Below are positions 19,097-27,655 of a DNA stretch of 64,000 bases, one piece after another. Origin of the DNA: Candidatus Nanosyncoccus sp. (GTDB lineage: Bacteria; Patescibacteriota; Saccharimonadia; Saccharimonadales; Saccharimonadaceae); assembly GCA_045640685.1 (NCBI GenBank), contig JAZUFO010000003.1, positions 79,947-143,946 of the forward strand, in the 5' to 3' direction. The position numbers and the translations under genes were made by a program. Under the pieces are notes generated by a model, which saw only the letters and a program-made list of their open reading frames with translations, had not been told where the DNA came from and did no database searches. Position 1 is the first letter of the stretch; each line of letters opens with the position of its first letter.

Positions 19097-19804
19097 TTAA
19101 GCCTCCAAGTTTTCCTCATCAATAGCGAGATAGAGTTTTCTAAAATCTTCCAGTGCGTTTGAAGCAATCGCATCAGCGTCAATGCCAGACTCAGCAATTA
19201 CTGCCTCCACTTCAGCGACATCTGGATTTTCTTTTCCAGCAATCTCATCAATCTTGGCCTTTTGTTTCTCAGGAAGAGCATTAAACAATGCCTGATTTAC
19301 CATGAAGTTTTCTCTTTGAACGAGATCTTCAATCATTGCGGCACGAGTATCATCATCGATATCGGTAAAACCTTTTTCCTCCAATAAGCCATTGGCAAAA
19401 ATTGCAAGAACCTCATCAGTAGACATTTCCTCAAGAGCTTCGCGAACTTCTTCATCGCTCATTTCTGGCTCATCAGTTTTTACCTCGATTGACTCTTCGA
19501 CAGAGTGATCAACAGCATAATCCGCGATCGGTTCAGTAGTCGGCTCAAACGTAGGTTCTGCAATTGGTTCAACAACAGGTTGTTCAATAGGTTGTTCAAC
19601 AGGCTGAGCGACCGGCTCAACAACAGGTTGCATAATTGGCTCAGCTACAGGCTGAGGCATTGGTTCAGCAACTGGTTGAAATACTGGTTCTGCAACTGGT
19701 GGCATAACCGGTTCGATAACGGGTTGCATAATTGGTTGAGAAGCAGGAATCTGAGCATCAGAAACCTGAGAGTCATTATTAGTTGGTTGGACAAAATTAT
19801 CCAT
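19097..19804 (-). CDS. Acidic protein with (Q/E)P(V/I) repeats and a C-terminal helical domain (235 aa)
   Basis: QPIMQPVIEPVMPPVAEPVFQPVAEP... repeats. The C-terminal half is paralogous to ORF 14827-15150. Stop is 3 bp before the 1290-aa gene. Confidence 0.65.
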   Translation of the reverse strand: MDNFVQPTNNDSQVSDAQIPASQPIMQPVIEPVMPPVAEPVFQPVAEPMPQPVAEPIMQPVVEPVAQPVEQPIEQPVVEPIAEPTFEPTTEPIADYAVDHSVEESIEVKTDEPEMSDEEVREALEEMSTDEVLAIFANGLLEEKGFTDIDDDTRAAMIEDLVQRENFMVNQALFNALPEKQKAKIDEIAGKENPDVAEVEAVIAESGIDADAIASNALEDFRKLYLAIDEENLEA

Positions 19805-19849
19805 GGTGTGGAGACCTTTCTTTTTATTTTTATGACCTTATCTGTTCTA

Positions 19850-19878
19850 AACTTAGCATAAACATATTCTCAAGTCAA
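19850..19878 (-). promoter_or_regulatory. Promoter of the surface-protein operon (TTGACT-N14-TGC-TAAGTT)
   Basis: rc of AGTCAA at 19873-19878 and of AACTTAGCA at 19850-19858, with a 17-bp spacer. Confidence 0.55.
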
Positions 19879-19917
19879 CCCCTACAATTTCCTTCCCAAG
19901 AAACAAAAACGCACAAG

Positions 19918-19946
19918 AAAAAACCGAACATTTAGTTCGGTTTTTT
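19918..19946. terminator. Bidirectional intrinsic terminator
   Basis: AAAAAACCGAAC-ATTTA-GTTCGGTTTTTT. Confidence 0.75.
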
Positions 19947-20035
19947 CTGTAATTTATGGCGTCTATCTTATAAGTAATTTTCCTTCTTTTTATTAAGGGT
20001 TAATATTAATTTTTACTACATTGGTATTCCCTTTC

Positions 20036-20179
20036 CTACGATCTGAACAATAAGCTAAGTACGTGTTTACCAGTCTGTTGATGTCTTTTACGCTTTTCCA
20101 GTAGTTCTTTTGCCCTATCATTTATTTCATTCTTGCTCGAATCGTAACTTGATTCATTTGGATATTCTTCAAATGTCAT
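20036..20179 (-). CDS. Candidate small protein (47 aa), below the ORF-track cutoff
   Basis: Translation MTFEEYPNESSYDSSKNEINDRAKELLEKRKRHQQTGKHVLSLLFRS. AAAGGAA lies 11 nt upstream. It has its own promoter (20322-20350) and terminator (19918-19946). Confidence 0.4.
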   Translation of the reverse strand: MTFEEYPNESSYDSSKNEINDRAKELLEKRKRHQQTGKHVLSLLFRS

Positions 20180-20221
20180 TATATTTATTTTCCTTTGTCT
20201 ATCTTATATTTATTTTCCTTT
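20179..20221. repeat. 18-bp direct repeat x2 (25-bp period) at the small-ORF start
   Basis: TTATATTTATTTTCCTTT at 20179-20196 and 20204-20221. On the coding strand this is AAAGGAAAATAAATATAA, so the RBS region is duplicated. Confidence 0.8.
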
Positions 20222-20321
20222 CTCTCCGTTCCCGAATCCTCCTTTCATCTTGTCGGGTGTTTTGAGTGGTTGTTTTAATATTTTGTTTTGTTAGTTTTTA
20301 TGTTATTTGCTAACTGTCTTA

Positions 20322-20350
20322 ATACTACCACACTTATGCTATTTTGTCAA
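20322..20350 (-). promoter_or_regulatory. Promoter TTGACA-N14-TGG-TAGTAT
   Basis: rc of TGTCAA at 20345-20350 and of ATACTACCA at 20322-20330. A second TTGACA box lies about 35 bp upstream. Confidence 0.5.
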
Positions 20351-20474
20351 CACCTGTTATGCTTAAAAAACATACTTTTGTCAAATTAACAGGGGTGATT
20401 TTGTATAAAAAAATTATATTTTTCTTTCCAAAAACACATTCCATCAACCAAATCATGTTCGGTTTTTATATATA

Positions 20475-20509
20475 AATCAAAAATATGGGCCCGTAATGAG
20501 ACCCATATT
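20475..20509 (-). terminator. Intrinsic terminator after ileS
   Basis: AATATGGG / CCCATATT stem (20482-20489 with 20502-20509), followed by a T-run on the minus strand. Confidence 0.6.
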
Positions 20510-20555
20510 CTATAATTCCCCACTATATATAATATATAGTACTAAAACTACTATA

Positions 20556-23471
20556 TTATATGCGTTCAAACGTTATAGTAACGTTCTCGCCATTCACTTT
20601 GGCAACCTCATCATATTCATAGTTACCATTCTTTTCGACACTATCAGCCAAAACCTCCGCCTTAAATGTTTCAACAAAGGCTGCTGGAATATCACATGAA
20701 ACTGATAACTTAATGTGATCACTAACAGTTAGGTTGGCTTTCTTACGTGCAGCTTGTACTGAACGAATTAGTTCACGAACAAAACCTTCCTCTGCAAGTT
20801 CAGGGGTCAAAACTTTGTTCAACTTTATTGTATTGCCCTGAACAACTTTTTTAACATTTACCTCGTCCATGATAATTTGCTCATAAAACTCCGGCAATTT
20901 CTCACCAGCATAAGTCAAATCAGCAAGTGGCTGACGAACTTTAACTTGTTCTTCCGTATCAGATTTTTGCATACGAAGTGCCAAACCTTCAGTAATGATT
21001 TCGCGCGTACGAGCCATTTCTTCTAGTACTTCAGTATCAATCACGCCAGCTTCTGGCCAGTCCAACAAGTGAACTGATTCGGTCGTCTTGGTCATTTGTT
21101 GATACAATTCTTCAGCCAAGAATGGAGTAAATGGTGCCAAAATTTTACTTAGATATACCATTACGAAGTAAAGCGTTCCATATGCTTCCATCTTGTCTGC
21201 CTCGTCATCAGATTTAAAGAAACGACGACGTGAACGACGAACAAACCAGTTAGACAAATCATCAACAAATGGCAAAACACCAGACAACGTTGCAGGAAGA
21301 TCATATTTATTCATTCCGTCCGTTATCTCATCACGCAATTGATACAAACGCGAAATAATCCATTTATCAAGATCATTTTTAAGATCAACTGGCACAAATT
21401 TCTTCAATTCATCAGAATCAATTCCGTCAACCTCAGCATATGTACAGAAGAAATCATAAACATTCCAGATCATCGAAAGCTTACGAGCAGTATCAGACAC
21501 ATCTTTATCGATCAACGCAAAGTCCTCACCAGCAAGAACTGGAGACGAAAGCAACAAGAAACGTAGTGAATCTGCAGAGTATTTATCCATCAATTCGTTT
21601 GGATCGGTGTAGTTACCAAGAGATTTAGACATTTTACGTCCATCGTTTCCCGCCAACGTACCAGTCGTAATAACATTTTTATATGCATTATGACCAAACA
21701 ATGCAGTATTTACACAGTGGACATAATAGAACCATGCGCGAACCTGTCCAACATACTCAACGATGAAATCTGCTGGATAATTCTTCTCAAATTTTTCTTT
21801 ATTTTCAAATGGATAGTGAAGTTGTGCGAATGGCATCGAGCCAGATTCAAACCAACAGTCCAAGACCTTCTCGATACGTTTAAAATGTTCGCCATCAATA
21901 TCAAATTCAATATCATCAACCCATGGACGATGATAATCTTCAAGACGAACGCCAGAAAGCTCAAACAATTCATCGTAAGAACCAACAACTTTTACGGTTC
22001 CCTTGTCGCCTTTCCAAACCGGCATAGCTGTCGCCCAGAAACGATCGCGAGACAGATTCCAATCTGGAGCAGCTTCAATATTTTTCTCAAAACGACCATG
22101 CTTCAAATATTCTGGGAACCAGTTAATATTTTCATTTTCAGCAAGCATTAATGATTTTGAACCATCGACGTCAAAGAACCATGATGGGAATGCACGATAA
22201 ATAATACGTTCTTTCGAGCGTGGATTGAATGGATACTCATGTTGAATATATTCAATCTTCCAGATAATTCCCTTTTCTTCAAGGACTTTGGCAATAAACT
22301 TATTTCCACTCCAAACCTGGATACCAGCCTCATCAGTATCGCGAACACCAAGATCGTTCAATGTTGTACGCATTTCTGGTAAATAATAGCCATTCTCATC
22401 AAGACAATCAACAAAATCAACTTCAAATCTTTGGGCCAATGCGTAATCATCTTCACCATATGCAGGTGCGATATGTACGATACCAGTACCATCGTCAGCA
22501 GAAACAAAATCACCAGGAAGAACCGTGTAGGTATCTTTACGACGAACAGTCCCGTCTTCACCATTAAGACCTAGGTCAAATAATCCATCAGCAACTTCAA
22601 TTACTGGAACATATTTCTTCCCCACCAAAGCTGAACCATGAACAGCCTTAACAGGTTTTTGACCTTCGAATAAGACTTTGGCGCGATCCATAGCAAGAAC
22701 AAATGTTGCACCTTCTACCTCATAATATCCATAATCAAGCTCAGGATTAATTGCGAGTGCCATATTTGCCGGCAAAGTCCATGGAGTTGTTGTCCATGCT
22801 AAGAAATAAGCATCTTCGTCAACCATTTTAAACTTAACATATGCAGAAGGATCAGTAACGACTTGATACGCATCATTATCCATCGTAACTTCAGCTTTAG
22901 AAACTGGAGTTGCAAATTTCGTATCATACATCAAAACCTTACGACCTTCATAAATCTTCCCTTTTTCATAAAGAGTTTTAAAGGCCCACCAAACAGATTC
23001 CATGAAATCTTTATTCATAGTACGATATGAATTATCAAAGTCAACCCAACGACCAACACGATCAATTGTTGAGCGCCAAGTTTCAGAGTTTGCAACCATT
23101 GAGTTGCGAGCAGTCACGATATAGTTTTCAAGGGAGATTTTTGTTCCAATATCACGACGATCGGTAATATTAAGCTGTTTTTCAACAAAATTTTCTGCTG
23201 GAAGGCCATGGCAATCCCAACCCCAACGACGTTCAACGCGTTTTCCATTCATCGTCCAAAAACGAGGAACGGCATCTTTTACGATCGAAGAAAGCAAAGT
23301 ACCATGATGCGGTTTACCAGTAATAAACGGAGGTCCATCATAAAAAACATAAGAATCATGCGCAGGACGCATCTCAACAGATTGCTCAAAAGTTTTATTA
23401 TCTTTCCACCATTTCGTCAACGCATTTTCATATTCGATTGCGCGACGACGGTCACCAGCTTTATATTTCAT
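20556..23471 (-). CDS. ileS: Isoleucyl-tRNA synthetase (type 2-like)
   Basis: PHHGT (HIGH-like) and KMSKS motifs. Start moved to ATG 23471, which has an AAGGGAG RBS; the track start at 23516 would run through the leader terminator. Confidence 0.9.
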   Translation of the reverse strand: MKYKAGDRRRAIEYENALTKWWKDNKTFEQSVEMRPAHDSYVFYDGPPFITGKPHHGTLLSSIVKDAVPRFWTMNGKRVERRWGWDCHGLPAENFVEKQLNITDRRDIGTKISLENYIVTARNSMVANSETWRSTIDRVGRWVDFDNSYRTMNKDFMESVWWAFKTLYEKGKIYEGRKVLMYDTKFATPVSKAEVTMDNDAYQVVTDPSAYVKFKMVDEDAYFLAWTTTPWTLPANMALAINPELDYGYYEVEGATFVLAMDRAKVLFEGQKPVKAVHGSALVGKKYVPVIEVADGLFDLGLNGEDGTVRRKDTYTVLPGDFVSADDGTGIVHIAPAYGEDDYALAQRFEVDFVDCLDENGYYLPEMRTTLNDLGVRDTDEAGIQVWSGNKFIAKVLEEKGIIWKIEYIQHEYPFNPRSKERIIYRAFPSWFFDVDGSKSLMLAENENINWFPEYLKHGRFEKNIEAAPDWNLSRDRFWATAMPVWKGDKGTVKVVGSYDELFELSGVRLEDYHRPWVDDIEFDIDGEHFKRIEKVLDCWFESGSMPFAQLHYPFENKEKFEKNYPADFIVEYVGQVRAWFYYVHCVNTALFGHNAYKNVITTGTLAGNDGRKMSKSLGNYTDPNELMDKYSADSLRFLLLSSPVLAGEDFALIDKDVSDTARKLSMIWNVYDFFCTYAEVDGIDSDELKKFVPVDLKNDLDKWIISRLYQLRDEITDGMNKYDLPATLSGVLPFVDDLSNWFVRRSRRRFFKSDDEADKMEAYGTLYFVMVYLSKILAPFTPFLAEELYQQMTKTTESVHLLDWPEAGVIDTEVLEEMARTREIITEGLALRMQKSDTEEQVKVRQPLADLTYAGEKLPEFYEQIIMDEVNVKKVVQGNTIKLNKVLTPELAEEGFVRELIRSVQAARKKANLTVSDHIKLSVSCDIPAAFVETFKAEVLADSVEKNGNYEYDEVAKVNGENVTITFERI

Positions 23472-23493
23472 TTTTCTCCCTTTCTTTTTATAA

Positions 23494-23655
23494 ATAAAAA
23501 ATTCCAATGTTTCCATTGGAACTCTAACAGAGCGGTACCATCCAATTTCTGGCCGAAGCCAGCACTTAGTTTATTCTTTTACGCAGACTCACGAGCGATT
23601 CTACTTAGTTTCCTGTTCTTTCGCCAGCTCACAGCTGATAACTGCTCAAACGCTT
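23494..23655 (-). promoter_or_regulatory. T-box riboswitch leader (Ile, AUC specifier) with terminator/antiterminator
   Basis: AGUA then GA-AUC-G specifier region (AUC is the rc of 23597-23599). Stem III is CUGGC-UUCG-GCCAG (23549-23562). T-box core is AAAUUGGAUGGUACCGCUCUG (23528-23543). Terminator is UUCCAAUG-GAAA-CAUUGGAA plus U6 (23494-23521). Its 5' strand can alternatively pair with AUUGGA of the T-box. Confidence 0.85.
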
Positions 23656-23661
23656 TTGAAT

Positions 23662-23670
23662 ATTATATCA
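23662..23670 (-). promoter_or_regulatory. Extended -10 promoter (TGATATAAT) of the ileS leader
   Basis: rc of ATTATATCA. Confidence 0.6.
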
Positions 23671-23675
23671 TATTT

Positions 23676-23936
23676 TTAGTTACAAAAATAGTAATTTACC
23701 TCATCCATAAGAGGCAATTCTATTCCCCGCCAAGATGCCAACACCGCACCGCGTCCATCAAGGACAATAATTGTTGGATAAACCATAATATCATACGACT
23801 GACAAAACCCAGGATTCGTATCCGGATCCATCACTTCAATCTCGCGACCAGTTTTACGTCTAAAATCTTCCAGCCAATCAAATACAGTTCTTGAATAGTC
23901 CATCCCATCACGAACAACACAAATAACTCTATTCAC
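23676..23936 (-). CDS. Thioredoxin-fold protein lacking a CxxC motif
   Basis: A beta1 strand VICVV and a cis-Pro-type VYPTIIVL element suggest a Trx fold. The position of CxxC reads DGMDYS. Confidence 0.45.
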   Translation of the reverse strand: MNRVICVVRDGMDYSRTVFDWLEDFRRKTGREIEVMDPDTNPGFCQSYDIMVYPTIIVLDGRGAVLASWRGIELPLMDEVNYYFCN

Positions 23937-24396
23937 TTTGATTCCTTTTCTCTTTTTGCTTTTTTAATAATGCCTCAAAATCATCAAGCGTTTTAAATTC
24001 CTGAAAAACACTCGCAAAGCGTACATATGCAACCTCATTAATTTCAGCCAATACATCAAGAACAGTCTGACCAATCTGTTTAGAAGAAACAATATCCGTA
24101 CCATTACCGTAAAGCTTATCAACAACTTTATTAATTACATCCTCAACTTCAAGTTCAGAATGCAAAAACTTGCCGACGCTACGTTTAACAGCGAGCAAAA
24201 GCTTATCACGATCAAAAGCTTCCTTATTTCCAGAACTCTTTTGAACCATTAATGACGGCATTTCAATACGCTCATACGTAGTAAAACGACGTCCATCAGG
24301 AGTTTCACGTCGACGACGAATTAACTTGCCGTCGACGGTCTCGCGGCTTTCCAAAACTTTACTATCACCAATTCGAAACTTTTGTTCCATCCGCAT
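23929..24396 (-). CDS. nrdR: NrdR-like transcriptional repressor (ATP-cone intact, zinc-ribbon cysteines absent)
   Basis: DSKVLESR..RRRRE....RRFTTYE plus ATP-cone VAYVRFASVF align to NrdR. All four Cys positions are substituted. Confidence 0.75.
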   Translation of the reverse strand: MRMEQKFRIGDSKVLESRETVDGKLIRRRRETPDGRRFTTYERIEMPSLMVQKSSGNKEAFDRDKLLLAVKRSVGKFLHSELEVEDVINKVVDKLYGNGTDIVSSKQIGQTVLDVLAEINEVAYVRFASVFQEFKTLDDFEALLKKQKEKRNQSE

Positions 24397-24416
24397 TACC
24401 TCCAGATTATTATTAA

Positions 24417-25583
24417 TTATTTCTTCTTTTTACCAAGAAATCTCTCACGAAGTGAAGGTGGAACATCCATTTCATCATCACTTGGAGTTGGAGCAGCTTC
24501 AGGAGCTGGCTCATCTTTGATCGTATCCCAAATGTTTGATTTATTTTCTACTGCAAAATCTTTATCTTCTGCTGCAGGAGTATCATCGGCAACTGATTCA
24601 ACAGGTTTTTCAGAAACAGCAGTTTCCTCTTGACGATAATCAGAATCAAAACCAGTCGCAACAACAGTAACGATAATTTCATCTTGAAGTTCTGGGCGAA
24701 TTGAAGCACCAAAGATAATATTTGCGTCAGGTGAAACTGAGCCAGTAATAACTTCAGCCGCTTCTTGGATTTCTGACATAGACATATCATAGCCACCAGC
24801 AACTGAGAACAAGACGCCACGAGCACCTTCAATACGAACCTCAATAAGAGGAGATTCAACTGCTTGTTGTGCAGCTAAGACAGCGCGATTTTCGCCAGAA
24901 GCACGGCCAATACCCATAAGAGCAGAGCCAGCATTTTTCATAATTGCTTTAACATCGGCAAAGTCGAGGTTAATCAATGAGTGTTCAGTAATAAGTTCTG
25001 AAATGCCTTGAACACCTTGGCGAAGAACATCGTCAGCGATTTTGAATGTTTCAAGAAGAGGAGTGCGAGGATCAATTGTTTGAAGCAGACGATCGTTAGG
25101 GATCGTAATCAATGCATCAACTTGATGTGAAAGTTTGTCGATAGCAAGATCAGCATTGTCGCGGCGCTTTGCACCTTCAAAAGTGAATGGTTTTGTTGCA
25201 ACACCAACGGTAAGAATATCTTTCTTACGAGCTTCTTCAGCAACAACAGGACCAGCACCAGAACCAGTACCACCACCAGCACCAAGTGTGATAAATACCA
25301 TATCGGCACCATCAAGTGCTTTACCAATTTCTTCACGGCTTTCATCAGCAGCTTCGCGTCCTTTTTCAGGATCACCACCGGCACCTAGGCCACGTCCGAT
25401 ATGAACTTTTGTATCAGCTACAGAATGATGAAGTGCTTGCGCATCAGTGTTAACGGCAACAAATTCGACTCCAGAAAGTCCGACTTCCTTCATACGGTCA
25501 ATAGCAGAACCACCAGCACCACCAACGCCCACGACTTTGATGCTTGCTGTGCTCTCCACCTCAGTTGGTTTGATTTCAGGCAT
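24417..25583 (-). CDS. ftsZ: Cell division protein FtsZ
   Basis: GVGGAGG and the GGGTGSG tubulin signature; acidic/proline-rich C-terminal linker. Confidence 0.95.
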   Translation of the reverse strand: MPEIKPTEVESTASIKVVGVGGAGGSAIDRMKEVGLSGVEFVAVNTDAQALHHSVADTKVHIGRGLGAGGDPEKGREAADESREEIGKALDGADMVFITLGAGGGTGSGAGPVVAEEARKKDILTVGVATKPFTFEGAKRRDNADLAIDKLSHQVDALITIPNDRLLQTIDPRTPLLETFKIADDVLRQGVQGISELITEHSLINLDFADVKAIMKNAGSALMGIGRASGENRAVLAAQQAVESPLIEVRIEGARGVLFSVAGGYDMSMSEIQEAAEVITGSVSPDANIIFGASIRPELQDEIIVTVVATGFDSDYRQEETAVSEKPVESVADDTPAAEDKDFAVENKSNIWDTIKDEPAPEAAPTPSDDEMDVPPSLRERFLGKKKK

Positions 25584-25654
25584 ATTTTTTCCTCGCTTTA
25601 AATATCTTTACCTTAGTATAGCACAAAAAAATAAAAAGAAATCAATAGTATAGA

Positions 25655-26884
25655 TTAGAACTTCGAAAAGATCTTCTTTAAGAACGATTCGCCACTCTTT
25701 TTGCTTGCCTTCTTAGCCGATTTTTTAGACTTAGTAGGAACATTTGACTCTTCGGCACAAAGCATAGCAAGACCAATAGCGGCAGCATACTCAGGTTTAG
25801 TAATATCGGCAGAAACACCTCCAAGACCTGCAGGAACGCCGATCTTAGCAGATGCCTCCAATGCGTTTTTAACAAAAATCTCAATATCACGCATCTTAGC
25901 GCCACCACCAACGAGCACAACACCCTCTGGTAACCTCTGATCATAGCGTGCAGTCTTTAGTAATTTTCTTACTTCGCCAAAAATATCATCAAGGCGAGCT
26001 TTAACGACACTTTCAACTTCCTTACGATCAAAAACGCGTTCTTCTTTATTGCGAGTAATCTTAATAATGTTTGATTTCTCACCACTAAAATCGCCGGAAA
26101 TAAAACGGTTTTTAATTTCATCAGCAAAATCAGGCTCAATAGCAAGCACAATTGCAAGATCATTGGTTATATTATTTGAACCGGCCGGGACAACACCCAC
26201 ATATTGCAAATCGCCTTCTTCATAAATCGCAACGGAAGTTGTTGTCGCACCAAAATCAATCACGGCAACACCATTTTCTTTCTGACGCTCCGTAAGAACA
26301 GCTTTTGCCGCTGCTACAACGCTAGGAACAACCCTGAGAGTCGTAACATCCGCGTTCTCGGTTGCTCTCTTCAAATTCTCAACATTTGGTCCAAGGGCAG
26401 AAATAATACATGCATGCATTTCAAGACGCGTACCAGACATACCAATCGGATCCTTAATTCCCTTTTGACCATCAATCGCATATTGAAGTGGAATGACGTC
26501 TAAGACTTCACGATTTGCAGGAATACGACCAGTAACAGCAACATCCTCAACACGATCTAAATCATTATAATCAATTTCATGATCAATAGTTCCAACAGCA
26601 ATCATCCCCTCTGTTTTTGTCGTTAAGACATGTGAACCATTTATTGAAACATAGGCAGAATTAACTTCTTGCCCACACATATGCTCAACCTCGCCCAACA
26701 TCTTATCAATTGCACCAGCGGGGCCAGCAAGATTTGCAACTACACCTTTTCGCATGCCAGCAGAAACACCTTCGTTGTAGCCAACAACAGCTAGTTCTCC
26801 GCTTTTCGCAACAGAAAGGACAACAGCACGAACATTTTCTGTTCCAACATCAAGTCCTACTGCGAAATGGCTAGTTTCATCCAT
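25655..26884 (-). CDS. ftsA: Cell division protein FtsA
   Basis: Actin-fold motifs (GLDVGTENVR, VIDFGATTT, GGGA), a basic C-terminal amphipathic tail, and a position upstream of ftsZ. Confidence 0.9.
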   Translation of the reverse strand: MDETSHFAVGLDVGTENVRAVVLSVAKSGELAVVGYNEGVSAGMRKGVVANLAGPAGAIDKMLGEVEHMCGQEVNSAYVSINGSHVLTTKTEGMIAVGTIDHEIDYNDLDRVEDVAVTGRIPANREVLDVIPLQYAIDGQKGIKDPIGMSGTRLEMHACIISALGPNVENLKRATENADVTTLRVVPSVVAAAKAVLTERQKENGVAVIDFGATTTSVAIYEEGDLQYVGVVPAGSNNITNDLAIVLAIEPDFADEIKNRFISGDFSGEKSNIIKITRNKEERVFDRKEVESVVKARLDDIFGEVRKLLKTARYDQRLPEGVVLVGGGAKMRDIEIFVKNALEASAKIGVPAGLGGVSADITKPEYAAAIGLAMLCAEESNVPTKSKKSAKKASKKSGESFLKKIFSKF

Positions 26885-26907
26885 AATCGCATTATAACAC
26901 GCTTAAG

Positions 26908-27654
26908 TTAATTTGGCAAAGTCAAAACTTCATAACCGTCTTCAGTTACCAAAACGGTATGTTCGCAATGGCAGCCAATCGAGCCGTCTTTTTGTTTAAC
27001 AGACCAACCATCGTCTTTATCAACGAAATTCGCAGCTTTTCCAAGTGTAGACATTGGCTCAATACAAATAACATCGCCAGCTTTCAAAACGTATCCGGTT
27101 CCCTTTCGTCCATAATTAGGAACTTCTGGAGACATATGCATTTCTTTACCAATTCCGTGACCAACATAATTTTCAGTCACTCCAAGCTTTCCAGCACGCA
27201 AAACTTTCTCAACAGCAGCGCCGATATCACCAATATGTGCACCCGGTTTAACTTGTTCAATCCCCTCCCACATTGCAGACTCAGTAACAGAAATCATCTT
27301 CTTTACCGCAGGAGAACCCTTGCCACCAACAATCATTGTAAAAGCAGAATCAGTGAAATAACCCTTATAATAGATATCCAAATCGAAGGAAACCTTATCA
27401 CCTTCTTCTAGAACTTCATCTTTTGGAGTGCCATGCACGAGCTGTTCATTCACGGAAATACAAATTGCACCCGGAAAATCTTCATCAAGCATATCATACG
27501 CAACACCAGCACCACGTTTCACAATCTCGGAACGAACCCAAGCATCAACTTCAGTACCAGTCATGCCAGGCTTAACATATTCTTTTAGGTCGGCCAAAAT
27601 ACCGCCCAAAATATGTCCACCCTCACGCATTGCTTCAATCTTTTTTGTGTCCAT
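26908..27654 (-). CDS. map: Methionine aminopeptidase type I
   Basis: Pita-bread fold motifs (VHG, FDLD, GHGIG, EHT). Confidence 0.9.
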   Translation of the reverse strand: MDTKKIEAMREGGHILGGILADLKEYVKPGMTGTEVDAWVRSEIVKRGAGVAYDMLDEDFPGAICISVNEQLVHGTPKDEVLEEGDKVSFDLDIYYKGYFTDSAFTMIVGGKGSPAVKKMISVTESAMWEGIEQVKPGAHIGDIGAAVEKVLRAGKLGVTENYVGHGIGKEMHMSPEVPNYGRKGTGYVLKAGDVICIEPMSTLGKAANFVDKDDGWSVKQKDGSIGCHCEHTVLVTEDGYEVLTLPN

Positions 27655-27655
27655 T

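Noticed and set aside
23472-23516. Upstream start (METLEFFIYKKKGRK) for ileS
   Set aside because: These codons are the T-box terminator hairpin and U-tract. ATG 23471 has a proper AAGGGAG RBS, and the IleRS homology begins there.
23208-23894. 228-aa plus-strand ORF
   Set aside because: It runs antisense through the ileS 5' end, the T-box leader and the Trx-like gene. It has no motif and is a shadow ORF.
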